Origin: Octopus vulgaris
Lineage: Eukaryota
Length of the DNA: 64,000 bases
Reading direction: 5' to 3'
Assembly: GCA_951406725.2 (NCBI GenBank)
Contig: OX597828.1
Location: 1,736,001-1,800,000 of the forward strand
A model generated the notes under the pieces. It was not told where the DNA came from. It saw only the letters and a program-made list of their open reading frames with translations, and did no database searches. The translations under genes and the position numbers were made by a program. Shown here one piece after another: positions 1 to 13,630 of this stretch. Position 1 is the stretch's first letter. The number at the start of each line of letters is the position of its first letter.

Positions 1-171
1 TTAATCAATAAAATTCTCAAGACGTTTTTGCTTTTGCTTTTGTTTTCGGGATTGTTTAAATACCATACCCTGTGTCTGTTACTTTATTTTGTGTTTTCGT
101 ATAGCTTTTCAATTTCTGCGCCGACAAATATCTATTTTAGAGAACCATAAGTTGAAATGAAATACTAAGGC

Positions 172-211
<40 letters not shown>

Positions 212-847
212 ACATTGAAATATTGGAGGTTTGTGGGTGTGATGTTAAAGCATCGAATAGATTTTGTTCCTGCATTGTGCTCTGAGTTCAAATTCCGTCG
301 AGGTCAAGTTTGACATTTGAAATTTTAGTGGAGATAAAGTTCTACTGCAGGGTGGATGACTGGAAAAATTGTTACAGTGTCCGACAGGATGACCATCGCC
401 ATCTTCTCTAGCTTTTTGCGATCTGATGCTGCGCCTGAAACGACACTAATACCAAGCTATATTTGCAATTACTATCAATATCAATAGTAGAATTGCATGC
501 ATAGAAAATACAAAATACATTTAGCTAGACCTGCGTTATGAAGCGAGACTATCTATTGCGTATCGAATAATTGAAACAAAATATGATTTGGGAAATTACA
601 GTAACATTTGCATATGTTGCAATTTAAGGAAAGCCATAGCAATGTTGAAAACACTCAAAATAGTGCAATGTCAACAGTATTAACCTCGATGCTTCATTTC
701 ACCTTATGGTTTTCAAGAGAGAAAAAAAAAACGATGTTTGTTGTTGCAGACATAGAGAATGCAATATGAAAACAATATAAAGTAAAACAATACCCACGGG
801 ATATAGAATTTAAAAGATAACGAAAATAAAACGTAACATTAACTTAC

Positions 848-1156
848 TATGCTGGTAACACAAGACGTAGGTAGGAGTACAGCTAGCAAGGGAAGCCGGC
901 TGTCCCCATCTGTCTATTACACATTCGTCTAAACTGGTTTCGTTGCCACGACAAGTTAATGATGTTAACCAGTAAGGAATGTGACCTTCTTTTACAGATC
1001 CATATTGAACTCCACCCTGAAAACCTGCTGACCTACATGCAACTTGTGCTTCCTTCTCGTTGTTATATTCCCGACATACTTGGCCCCAAATACCTAAATG
1101 ACGGACTTCAACGCGGCCCCAATTGTAGTCACCACCTCTCAATCGGAATGCAAAAG
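848..1156 (-). CDS. SRCR-domain protein, exon encoding SRCR domain 3
   Basis: Acceptor ttccttctAG and donor GTAAGT; 309 nt, phase 1-1. Translates as FRLRGGDYNWGRVEVRHLGIWGQVC...VACRSAGF...LTCRGNETSLDEC...VLC. Confidence 0.93.
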
Positions 1157-2344
1157 CTAGAAGGAAAAATCAGAAAAAAAAATTATTGTTGAATTGAATA
1201 GACAGAAAATTAATTTATCGGGACGAAAAAGAAAGTCTATTAATTTAACTCTTTTTTGACCTTATAGATCGAAATCAGAAATGTGACGATCCAAACTGAA
1301 AAACGTAGTCCAGTTTTGCACATCAACGACTAATTAGATTTTAATGAAGGGATTAAAGCAATTAGCTTAATGATTGGTTAAAAATAAATATAGTGTTGGT
1401 CTCCAGTTAGTGTCACTGCATTACATAGTCTGATTTACTGTATTGAACAATTACGAAATTATCAATAAAATTGACCGTGCCAGCATTGATTTGCTATAGA
1501 GAAGTAGTAACAGGAAAGTAAGGAAAGGTAGCAAAATGAATATAAATAAATAACTGAAAACTTAGATTAAGTAACAAAAATATGAAGAAGCGTGATAGAG
1601 TAGTACTAAAAACCTCATCTTCATTGTTTAATAAATAAATTTGAAATAAAGTAGGTTAACAAGCCATAATAGTGTATTGGAATTATCAAAATGAAATGTC
1701 AGATATCCTTCCGTTACAGCTGGGTGAACGGGATATCATTTTCTGGAAGGTTTTACCATCTGATGATATAGAGTTTACATACTTGCTTGTCCTTATTTTG
1801 TATCTTATAATGAATAATTTGGTCTTTATGTACTGAGGCTGATCGTTGGAGTTTCTAAATGCTTTAAGTGTACTTCAACCATTAAGTTGAGTCTTTTTGG
1901 TGCATGATATTGTTATGCATTTCTTGTGGGTATTGGTATATGGCGGTGCATTCGTACATTTACAGAATTTCAGTTAGTTAGAACTAACATTACTTTGTTG
2001 CTGTGATTGGGGTACTCCAGATTTGAGGAATAAAAAGTCTAACAGCTTTAGAGATTCGGACGGTGATTTTGATTAAGGAAGCGCTATCATTCAAAAATAC
2101 TAGTGTCTTGGAATTCACTCCATCAATATCGTCAAAAGAGAGTTGTTTTCCTAAAACAATAGCTAAAGCATATTCACGTCCAAGTCTGCCGGAAAGAAAT
2201 GCTGATCAAATCCCCCAACGACAATGTAAACTTCATGTAATCAAGATGCCCCTGGCCTGAAGAGTAGCTGGCGGTTTACCCCTCCTTTGGATAATTACTA
2301 GTTCTGAGGTTCCGCTAGTCATTAAACATATCTAGCCTGGATTT

Positions 2345-2437
<93 letters not shown>

Positions 2438-2637
2438 GAATCGTAAGTTATATCTTGTAAACAAGTATCTTAACAGATAAAAGTAAATGTATGTATATTC
2501 GAAATTGTAAGCCACAATTATGCGTCTAACTAGCTAGTATTTTGTGTAAGGATGTATATCTTTTTAAAGGTAAGTTCTTAAATATATATATACACACACA
2601 CACACACACATATATATCATATAAACACACAAATATA

Positions 2638-2714
<77 letters not shown>

Positions 2715-2715
<1 letters not shown>

Positions 2716-2920
2716 ACCGCGTGTGTATCGTTGGCGATTTTTTCCCTCTGTCTTCCCTTCCTTGGATCTTTCCTTTTCCTATGTTTCTGACGAAGAGCTC
2801 TGATCGAAACGTTAAATCCTCCTTCTTTCTTTCCTTTCCTGAACGTCCAATAACACTATACTTGTTCCACGTGCTCGCGTTGTTGTGTCTTCTCTTTGTG
2901 TTTTTATGTTTGGATTAACT
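2715..2920 (+). mobile_element. Short non-coding repeat containing a minimal hammerhead motif (Penelope pLTR-like)
   Basis: CTGACGA-A-GAGC-TCT-GATC-GAAAC-GTTA at 2787-2814. The body and the TTGGATTAAC end match 60060-60255, and a degenerate copy lies at ~21395-21580. Confidence 0.7.
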
Positions 2921-2923
2921 ATA

Positions 2924-3713
2924 TTAGATTTTCCTTTGGGGCTGGCCAGGTCGGAGCAATCTCAAAATTAATCAGCCGAAATTGCGAAGATGATCCGATT
3001 TTTGACTGAAGATCGAAGGCTTCGAACGTCCCGTCCGTTTTTTTGTATCGTCTTCTAAATGTTTTGCGTTCTTGTCCCAGTTTGTGTTTTTTTTACATTT
3101 ATCCTTTATATGGCGGCGCCCGTACCCCCTTTTTGATATTGTATGTGAAATACATTTTTTCTCTAATACATGGTACGACTCTACAACGCTGTCTCTCTCT
3201 CCCCCTCTCCTACATTTCTCTGCCTTTTTCACACTTTGCACTCCACTTTGACCCGTCTCTTTCTCTCTCTCTCTCTCCTCCTCCTCCTTTGTTCCTTGTT
3301 CCACTTTTTTTCTCTCTTCTTCTGTCGCGCTCTTATCACACGTGACTAACTTTGGACTGCTGTCCTGCCTTTTCGTGATCAACAGCCGTATAGGCCAGAC
3401 ATTTTATTTCTCTCCTCGCCTTTAGGCAATTTTTCAATGCGCCAGCTCAAGTTCACCCGTCCTGTCCAAAAGACACCTGTCTGTAACGTCTTGTTTTTGT
3501 TATTATTATTATCATTATTGTTTTTCCGTATTTTCGTATTCTTATTCGTGTTATCATTATTATTTTTACGTATTTTTGTATTCTTATTCGTTCCCGTCCT
3601 TGTTTTGTATACATTCGAGGCTTTCTTCCAATGAATCTAATGCGCTTGGCTTAGATTTTCCTTTGGGGCTGGCCAGGTCGGAGCAATCTCAAAATTAATC
3701 AGCCGAAATTGCG
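2924..3713 (+). mobile_element. Non-coding element bounded by identical 63-bp direct repeats (period 727 bp)
   Basis: TTAGATTTTCCTTTGGGGCTGG...CAGCCGAAATTGCG at 2924-2986 and 3651-3713; no credible ORF inside. Confidence 0.7.
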
Positions 3714-4684
3714 GTGAGCGGGTGTGGTCTCTGTTCATCAAATCATCTGGTCACAATAAAAATTGGCCTTAAATGGTCAATCAAAAGAATCGATGTTTAT
3801 GCTTTCATACGCTAAACATAATGAAAAGGAAACACATACATGCAGACATGCGCACATGCATAATTTTATATAAATACATACATACATTTTTCGTGCTTCA
3901 TGTAAATATATCTCTCTTCCTCTCTCTCGCTCTCTCTGTATATCATATATATATGTGCGTGTGTGTGTTTGCCACTGACTATATGTACGTATACTTGTGT
4001 GTATATATATAGTACATACGCGCACGCACGCACACACGCGCGCACGCACACACACACGCGCGCACGCACACACACACGCGCGTACTTCGTTTTGGCATTC
4101 TGTTTGCAAGAATTTTTATGGGAATTCATGTACTGAAACAAATTTTGTAGTGTTCAGGGAGGGCCATTACGCTAATATAAATAACATACGTAACCGGTTC
4201 AGTTCCACTCCTTAGTCAGTAGGTTAAATAGCTATCCTTCATGACATTTATGGAATTAAATAATGAAGGAGTGGGATTGAACCGCTGTGTGTTATATTAC
4301 ATAGATAAACACACGCTAGCCCGCGCGCACACACATATGCACATGTATACATGTATAATTTCGTGCGTATGGCAGTCCTTCAGTGTTGGTGGGTGACATC
4401 ATTCACCCACACATCATTCCCTTATAACATTAATGAAATTAAATTATTTCTTCCAAAGAAACTGGGCTGAAACTTTGGAGATGTCCTGCTCTCACAAGTG
4501 GGTAGTATATATCAAAAACTTGCTGGAAGAGAGAGATTTTTCCTCTTCGGAATACAGTATTTAAAGCTAGTTCAGTACTTACATTTTAAACATTTTCAAA
4601 TAATTCTTTTTCCAGTTTAAAATATGAACTCAACATTGTGCTACCTGTGGGCAGGAACATGATATTGATCTTATGAGGTATCTA

Positions 4685-7081
4685 CACTGAACCGCAAAAG
4701 AAACGCCATTTCTTCAAATCTCATTTTGATATGGTAAATTCCGAAAATTTATTTCGGGGATGTAAGTGTAAACATTCCAAGAGATGCTGGTTTATGGCTG
4801 AGACCCAAATTGCAGGTAACCTTTCAGCTTTTCCTGAAACGAGATGCCAAAAGGCAGCTGCGTTGAATGCCTTGGGTGGCAGTCGCAAACAATTGTCATG
4901 AAAACCGAAATGGACGTGCATCTCGTGAAGGTTATGGGTATAAACATCAACTTGAACCGCGTTCCTGGCATTAAAAATCCGTCCGTTCTTGTTAGAGACG
5001 CAGCGTGGCAATAATGCCACATTAAGGTCCTTGACGGACCAACATGAGCGCACGGTAAAGAACCCGATGAGATGTGTAAGGTCTTTCACGACCATTTCGT
5101 CCATTTCGTCCAGATTGGCACGAATCGTGGGTAGACTTGTCTGAGAGGTGCAAACCTGCACCATCCCCGGTAGGTCTATACATGACAATCTCCATCTTAT
5201 ACGCTATAACTTAGAGAGGGTTAATAGAATTCCTGGCAAGGGTGGAGCGTTGGTCCATTTAGACCAATCTAAAGCCTTTGATAGGGTAGGCCATCAGTAT
5301 CTGGCGGCTGTCCTCGCGGCGGGAAGATTTAACCCAACCTTTCGCGGATGGATCAACCTTTTCTGTAGCAACACCAAGTCGGTCGTTCGGGTGAACAGTT
5401 TCTTCTCGGGAGCCGTTCTGGATCGGGTGCTTGGTTCGTCAAGGATGTCCACTCTTGCAGGTGCTGTATGTATTTGTCCTCGAGCCATTACTGCGGAAAG
5501 TGAAGGCTTTGAGTGGAGTCCCTCGGGATCTAGGGTGTGGAAGATCAGTTAGGGCGTATGCGGACGACATCACCGTCATCGTATCCAGCGACCAGCACCT
5601 ACTGAGGGTAGGTTAGGCCTTAAAATATAATGAAGCGGCGGCAGGGGCAAAAATTAACCGGGATCGAAATAAGTTGGTCAGCTTGCAGCTCGGCACTTGG
5701 AGAAGCAAGTCGATGCCGTCCAACAGGGTCGTCGAGCGCTGGACAGACAGGCCGGTAAACATACTAGGGTTCTGGTTCGGTCCAGATTTCCAGATAGAGA
5801 AGACCTGGAGCGAGGTCACGAACTAGGTCAGAGAGCAGGCTATCCCTGAAAGGGAGGGCGGAGGTTGCAAATGTATTTATCGCATCTGTAATTAACTACC
5901 GCCTAACCATCGTGCCTTGCCCAGATTCGTCGCTGAACATGTGGAACGAATGCTCTTTCACCTCTTGTGGGCCTCTCACTTCAGACAGCTTCTTTGTAAG
6001 GCGCTCTATCTGTTGTCAACAACCACTAAAGGGTGAGTTAGGGACGCCGTGGCTAAAAATGTGCAGACGTGCGCTGAGGCTGAGGCATCTATGGCCCTAT
6101 CTGGACGGTGAGCGGGTGTGGTCTCTGTTCATCAAATTGATGCTTCCAAGGTTCACTTCTTTCGGTGAACTGGAACCGTGGAGCAAGCATAGACCAAGGC
6201 TGAGAGGTTGGCAATCGGAGTGCCGTCAGGCACTCGTGCTTTTCTCCCGGAGAGTAATGCCACCATCAGGTTCGACTGCAATGAACTACACAGCACCGAC
6301 ATTGGCGGCATCAACAATGGAGGTTGATAGTCTTTTCTAAAAAGAGCCAGAACTGCATTTCTACCTCGGATGGCAGAGTGAGTGTATGGTGTAGGAGGGG
6401 GTGAACTCTACAGAGACGCATGTAGCATGGAGAGCCACCCATGGGGTGGCTAAAGCATCACGAGGTCCTATGTGTTACAAAATGTTGGTGCAAGCAGGGG
6501 AATGGCATCACAGCACTACATTGACCAGATCTTAAGACCTTACATCGTACCTTTCTTCGCGCGTCAACATAGCTACATATTCCAGCAGGATAATGCTCCC
6601 TCCTACACGGCCAGGGTCACCATGGACTTTCTGCGTCAGCACAACATCAAAACCATGCTGTGGCCGGCTCTCAGCCCAGATCTGAACCCAATTGAACACC
6701 AGTGGAATAAAATCCAGAGTCGGTTGAACCAGGTGATCACAAGGCCGACAACTCGTGTGGAACTGGAAGCAGCTTTCCTCAGGGTGTGGCTACAGGTGCC
6801 AATGGCTTTTGCGAACCTCCTCATGCACTCCATGTACCGGCGGTGTATTACCGTTTTGAAGACCCAAGGAGCGTATACACGGTATTGAACATTTCACGCC
6901 TAGAATTTCGATGTGCTGGATCCGCCCACTACCAGAACACATGACAACGACCCACAGACTGTGGTCAAAGTACATCCAAGAAATTGGCTTTATCAGGTTT
7001 ATCAAAATTCATTTCTGACATAATGAAATTAAAACATATCTCACAGTCACACACGTCACGCGTTTCTTTCGCGGTTCAGTA
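4685..7081 (+). mobile_element. Tc1 (DD34E) DNA transposon remnant with both TIRs and TA target-site duplication
   Basis: TA|CACTGAACCGCAAAAGAAACG at 4683 and CGTTTCTTTCGCGGTTCAGTA|TA at ~7061-7083. Transposase remnant ~6260-6888 has FQQDNAP...WPALSPDLNPIE with 34 aa between D and E. Confidence 0.88.
4995..6258 (+). mobile_element. Tx1/L1-clade LINE internal RT fragment nested in the Tc1 element
   Basis: IPGRSIHDNLHLIR, LDQSKAFDRV, VRQGCPL and AYADDITV motifs across frameshifted ORFs. Confidence 0.85.
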
Positions 7082-7619
7082 TATTTCATATTTACTGATA
7101 TTAAGATTAAATTGTGAAAGTATATTTCGGATTTCGTGGGAACTACTTAATTTATCCTTTGTGCAAATAAACGTAGCATTTTCATTAACACATTTAAGGT
7201 CTATCATATAACCTGTTCGGTCAAAAAGAATACCCAATTAGGATTTGAACTTCCTTTTAATAAGTACTGATACTTATATTGGATAATAGAGTGAAAGGAC
7301 GGAATATTGAGTAGCGTCAGTTTCAAATGAAACCCCCAAAACTGGATATTCGATGTTAATGGATAAAGATATAAATAATTATGGAGGGAAATATTCAATG
7401 TTACAAAGGTTTAATTATGACGTTCATCAAATTTGAAGTCTGATATTCAAAAAATCCCTTCATATTGATAGAAACAAGTAGTATGATTCGGTTTATGCAA
7501 CCAAAATCATAATCATACTCTCTCTGTCTCTCATACATACATGCACGCAGATACACACACACACACAAACAAATATATATTAAATTACATACATATAATG
7601 GGTAAGAATACGCCAAAAA

Positions 7620-8640
7620 CGTGTATAATAGATACAGCTAATTAGAGCTGAGACCGGACCAGATACCTAAAGTCCTTAGTCAAAGGAAGGCGGACGGAAA
7701 TCAGGCAAACAAGAGTTGGATACTCGCAATGTACCGGTCAAGCTAATTAAAGTGTAATAAAATAACAGAGGGTAAGGCTGTTGTTAATGGCATCAAAGCA
7801 TTTATAAAATAGGTGTAAAGAAGTGAGTAAAAATATAATTAAGCAGAAAAACAGGAAAATCAGAAAAGCGAGAGTTCATCATAGTTCTTAGTAGAACTAT
7901 GGATATCCAGAAAGTTCTAATATCACAGATAAAAGAGAGCAGGATCCGAATAATCCTCCATAGCAGTTATTCATGAATGAATCGGTAGATATCAGAAGGG
8001 AACTTCACAAATAAGAGACAGGAGGATACAGCAAATACTTTACAGCTGTTTCTGGGTTTTGGTGCTCAGTAAGTGCAGAATTATATATGGTGCTCAGTAA
8101 TTGTGTAATTCATGTACATATATGTATGAAGTTGGTGCTAGCGAATGTATATACAACACAAATTTAAATTCCATTAACAATCACTTTGTCATCAGAAGGA
8201 AATAACGGTAATTGATAAAGGGCTTAGAAATAAGATCAATATCAAAATTGTGTTAGAAGTGAGAGGAGTCCATGAAGGAATATATCAAAGAAAAAGTAAA
8301 AGGAGAAAGGACGCAAGATGGTTAAGAGAGACTGAAGCGTCGCTTTCGTAGCAGTAAGTTGCTAATAAGACAATAAAGTAAACTCGAAGAGCTTATGCAA
8401 CCAGGAAAATTTGTGGTAAGGTTAATTCAAAGAAGACTAAAAGCAATAAGGAGAAAATATATGAATTGATAGGAAAGACTGACCAGTCTCTTGATAAGCG
8501 CCAGTCTGCTCGTATGGATAGGTACGAAAACATTGGAAATCATTTAAGCACGCAAAGGAGCGACGGTCTCAGTATAATACTGGATTAACTTTGATTAGTA
8601 TATAAAGTGAAAGTAGTTATGCTGATTATGAATGCCAACA
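7620..8640 (-). mobile_element. Highly degenerate CR1/Jockey-like LINE fragment
   Basis: Only residual RT-like peptides on the minus strand (LHKL-like segment near 8390-8405); many stops. Confidence 0.35.
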
Positions 8641-9364
8641 ACAGGGCTGTGGAAAATATATCATAGGAGCGTTCTGTTTGGCAAAAAACGTATGCAGTAT
8701 TTTCACATTTGCATTGTATTACGTTGAAAATCTATTAACATTATTATTGCACATAAAAATGTAAAACGGCAAGAAATGGAAAACTTCCAATAATATGTGG
8801 TTATCCAAATTTTGAGGGGAAAATAAATACAATGCATTTAGCACTGGATCATACACACACACATATGCACACATACGTATATACGTATACATGCGTGTGT
8901 GTGGTGTGTTTGTGTTGGAGATGGGTCTTGGTCAGAATTTCTGACCATGAGTGCTCAGTTGTTCAGTTGGTTCATTAAATTAACGCGTAGGTGTTTCAGC
9001 TGTTGAATATTCCATTGACATATATGCCCTTAACGTGACACAGTGTGACAAAGCTGGACCTTTGAATTACGTAATCAATCCACCCGACGGGTTTCTCTAC
9101 ACCTTCCGTCAATCCAGTTTTGCTCAGAAGGTATGGGTCGACGCGAAGCTATGGAAAATGACTTTTACTAAAGATGACAAGCAGCAGAATCGAAATTAGA
9201 GCCTCATCATCACAAAGAAAATTTCTGAAGCATTTGACCAGGCAGCGCCTACAAACACACGCGCGCACACACACACACATACTCACAATTTCACACACAC
9301 AGACTCACAAGTACACACACACAAAGGTAATTTTTTAAATTCTTGTAAACACTTAATGACTTAC

Positions 9365-9694
9365 AATTATCAACGTCCTGCGCTGATGTATTGTAGCAAA
9401 TTACAGAAGCAGCATTATTGTAACAACTTCCCCAAAGTCTTCTTGTATATTTGCAATCCTGAAGGATTTTTTCGTTACCAGTACAGTTGAAATTTTCCAC
9501 AGTGGACACTGCATGGGAATCTCTGTTACCAAGTGTAGAACAGCACATGCCTTTACCATCAACAAAACCAAGCTGAGTGCAAACCACACGAGCATCCTTA
9601 TCGTCCCACATCGTATCACAGACCATAAACCATTCTTCGTGGATTCTCATCATAACGATTCCAGCATTAATTCCGCTGCGAGATTCCAAGCGTA
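9365..9694 (-). CDS. SRCR-domain protein, exon encoding SRCR domain 2
   Basis: Acceptor ctattgcAG and donor GTAAGT; 330 nt, phase 1-1. Translates as VRLESRSGINAG...VCDTMWDDKDARVVCTQLG...FNCTGNEKILQDC...ASVIC. Confidence 0.93.
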
Positions 9695-10469
9695 CTGCAA
9701 TAGAGGAAAGTGAGAATTTTGTGGAAATCTCTCTGATTAAAAGAATTACATGAATTCGTATTTTCAGACATAACTCTAGAGAAATATATAGACACAAAGA
9801 CATAATAACCACAGTTTGCCATCTAACAAATGGTTTTTAAATCATTACAGACAGGGTTGCCATTGAAGCTGCTGTTAATGCAGTGCTTCGCATCGATAGT
9901 TTAATTCAATAGAGAATTGTTTCAATGAAGCCCACTATAGTATTCCTATAGCTATCATTTATATCATAACAAATTTTCGTAAATAGTAATGGGATAATTG
10001 CTTTGTAAAATATGTGTGTATGTGTGTGTACGTGTGTGTACGTGTGTGTGCGCGTGCGCACATTAACATGTTACCAGTACATAGTGTGGAGTATGTTGTT
10101 TATTAAAACCGATTCCTTTTCCCTGCAACTATTGTTTAACATCCCCATAACCATAAGGCAGTATTTCAGGATTGTCTTATATACATTGAGGCAGCTTCGT
10201 TGTTTTGTGTTGCTATTCTACATTTTATTGTACGGTCTCCAAATGACACATTAAAGCACTGGGTATGGTTATCGTCATTTTATTTGCCAATTCATTGGTT
10301 GTACTCCTTTTATTGGTAGGCGTGGCTGTCATTACATGATTGCTATTTGTCTTTAGATTCATGTCATGTTTTCATTGTCATTTCGTCGCTTTTCAGTAGC
10401 CAATTCATTAAAACATACACAATATATATATATATATTAAAGCATACACAATATATATATATATATAGA

Positions 10470-11200
10470 GAGAGAGGCGTAGTTTTGAGAGTATCAGCAC
10501 CGCTTGCCAGTCGGAGGAAGACTAGGGTATGGAGGTAAACTAGAGTGCCCAAGGCTTCATTGTTCAGCTTCCCCAGTGCACGAGAGCAGTGGATGAATTT
10601 GAAAGTCCCGAGAGTTTGGAGAGGAAACCAGTGCTGAATTAACCACCAGCAACATATCAGAGATGGGTCTACTTGGACAAAGACTTGAACATCATCCTGG
10701 ACAACACTCTGAAAGTTGACGCAACCAGGAAGACATGAACCATTGTGCAAGTGGTATAGCAGGCATTCCAAGATACTTGTGATGGAAAATAAAGCACCGA
10801 GCAGATCGCACACTAGTAGGAGGCAGCGTCAGATGGTAGGATTCAGCAAAGGTGAAAAAAAAGCGAATGATAAAAGTAAAGTAGCTTTAAACCAGCTTAC
10901 CATGGAAGAAACCTGCTCTGCAAAGCGGAATTACTTCGAAAAAAGCAGAAAGAGAAGCGGAGGCAAAGGAAGGCCTGAGCTTAATGTGCCATTTATGAAG
11001 AGGTGGAGAGCAGAGTAACACTATTTGCTCCCGTTCCTTCACAATTCGCCACATAACTGTTTTTCACTTCGGAAATTTAACCCATCCTTCCTCAATGTTA
11101 ACTCAGTTCCCAGACTAAACTTATTCACTAACATCTCACCCTGAATAGACGACTAAAACTGCTTAAACTAAGCATTCACTCTCCAAATGCTCTCCAAATT
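10470..11200 (-). mobile_element. Degenerate LINE 3' fragment (CR1/Jockey-like)
   Basis: CLLYHLHNGSC resembles the ORF2 C-terminus of CR1/Jockey-like LINEs; GC content is higher than the flanks; abuts (TA)n/(GA)n. Confidence 0.35.
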
Positions 11201-11248
11201 CTTTTAATACATAATAAGTACATAATAAAAATAATTAGCTGTATTAAC

Positions 11249-11414
11249 CTGATGAGTTGAAGCATTGTACTGCTGCATCTTCATTGTGATTACAATTATG
11301 GTTCATCCAGCCATTATGTGGACATTGATAAAAGTGACTCTCCTTGCCTGAGCAAAGCACATTATCGAGTAGAATAGGTCCAGTACCTTCTCCATATGCA
11401 GCATCTCGTAGACC
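11249..11414 (-). CDS. SRCR-domain protein, exon encoding C-terminal half of SRCR domain 1 (not in the ORF track)
   Basis: Acceptor cacctacAG and donor GTTAAT; 166 nt, phase 0 to 1. Translates as [55 protein letters not shown] and joins both neighbouring exons in frame. Confidence 0.92.
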
Positions 11415-12174
11415 CTGTAGGTGATTATATATATATATGTTTATTTAATTGCATGTGTGTGTGAGCACATGCACGTGCGCTCACTCATACATACATTATA
11501 TAATAGCAACAACAACAATTTATGTTTTCATCAACAAAAAGAGTATTCAATGCGTTATGTAGAAAAAGTCTATTATAATAGAACAAATGACTAATATTTC
11601 ATGACTTAGTTTCATGCTAAACAGAAATGTTATCTGTATGATGTGATTCATGGAAAGACTGTCTCCAACTGATGTTTTATTGATGGTGTTTCTTTTTTGC
11701 TTTTATCTATTACAGGGTATTGCTGATATCTATGATTATGTATTGAGTCAAAATGAAATGACAATAAAGTTAGAGTTAGAAGCATAATTAAACATACACA
11801 CGCGTATACATACATCCATATACATACGTATATGTATGCATGCATGCTTGCATACATGTATGTATTGTATGTATGTATGTATGTATGTATGTATTTATGT
11901 ACGTGTGTATGTATGTATGTATGTATGTATGTATGTATGTATGTATGTATGTATGTATGTATGCATGCATGGGTATTTATTGTGTGAAAAAGCACGTGAA
12001 ATGGTATCATATATTAGGTCTACTTTTATTGTCCTCCATTGCGTTTTCATTCCAAATTATAAACATATTTGGCATTAGAATTTTATTCTTTTGCTCTTGT
12101 TTATAAATTTAACCTTTAAAGGTATTTTTTAATATGCTGGCCATTGATAAAATTTTTTTCGAAAAAAATGTTAT

Positions 12175-12232
<58 letters not shown>

Positions 12233-12290
12233 CTGTAAAATTGGATTTAATCCTAAATCTAATTTCCCCCTGTAAGTTTGGATTTACTCC

Positions 12291-12373
<83 letters not shown>

Positions 12374-12398
12374 TTATATATATACACGTGTGTGTGTA

Positions 12399-13630
12399 CA
12401 GGGTGCGTAAGATATTTGAGGACAGATTTATGTTTATAAAAAAACGATACATAATAACGGATAATAACTTTATCAAAAAATGCTATGAGATAAAAATAAA
12501 CATTTTCTATAATGTCATTCAATAAAGTCACCTTTAGCTTCAACAACTGCTTCTATACGAGATCTAAATCATCTACATGCTCGAATCAAGTGGTCCTGGT
12601 TCATTTTGGACATTACTCTGACTATGACAGCTTTCAAAGAATCTTTCGTGTTATGGGCGTGTTCATTGACCTCTCTCTCAACAACGCTCCGCATGTAATA
12701 GTCCAATGGATTGAGATCTGGGCAATTAGTAGGCCAGATGTTAGTAGTTATGTGATCATGAAAATTTTCAGTCATCCATTCTTGAGTTACTAGAGCCATG
12801 TGTGATAGTACAGAGTTTTACTAAATCACATATGCCCTCCCATTGCATTGCATACAGTCTATCCAGGGCTTAACAATTATTTCCAGGACCTCAATGTAGG
12901 CGGCAGAGGTAACTCTAAGGCCTTGTGGAAAGAAGTAAGGAGGCATCACATGTCCTTCATTGCTGACAACCCCTAAAACCTCATGAAAACTTGCAGGAAA
13001 TTATTTATGCGTAACACTTAGAACTTCAGGAGGTCCTGCATATAATCGTCTGTCATTTCTTCTGTTAACTTTTTTTTACCTTCGTCGAAGTTTTTCTACT
13101 GGATTTTCCCGTTTGTTTAAGAGCCTTTTAGATCAGATGTTGCGATTTTCTTTTGCCTTTTCTAACAAATTGACATTTCCTCGTCATACAAGACTTATAT
13201 CTGATGTCTTCGTTGACAACATTTCTGACTGTTCCTTCTGACACATGGAGATCTTTTGCATTTGACTTCATGGACTTTCTGGGATTGTAATCAATGGTCT
13301 GTTGAACTTGCTGGATAAATTCAGGTGTTTTGATGATTTCAGGGCGTTTAGAATGCTTTTTATGCTTTGATACTGGTGATACGTTTCCATCTTCAGTATC
13401 TAGCTCTTTACAAACTTTGTAGACGAAAGATCTGGCAACTTTTAAAAATCGAGATATTCCTAAATCGCTACGCTCAGCTTTTATAACCACAATAACAGTA
13501 TACCTCTTCATTTTTGGAGTAAGCTGAGGTTCTGCCATTATTATTTTCTGAAGCAAAGATTATACAGAGTAGCAAACAATGCAGCAATGAGCCCCCACCC
13601 ACCAAAATATGTCCTCAAATATCTTACACA
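12399..13630 (-). mobile_element. Tc1/mariner DD37D (maT-type) transposon remnant
   Basis: TA|CAGGGTGCGTAAGATATTTGAGGACA TIR, with partner TGTCCTCAAATATCTTACACA at ~13610-13630 (tip missing). HTH-region ORF 13128-13556. Degenerate second D is 37 aa before the D of WPTNCPDLNPLDYY. Confidence 0.85.
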
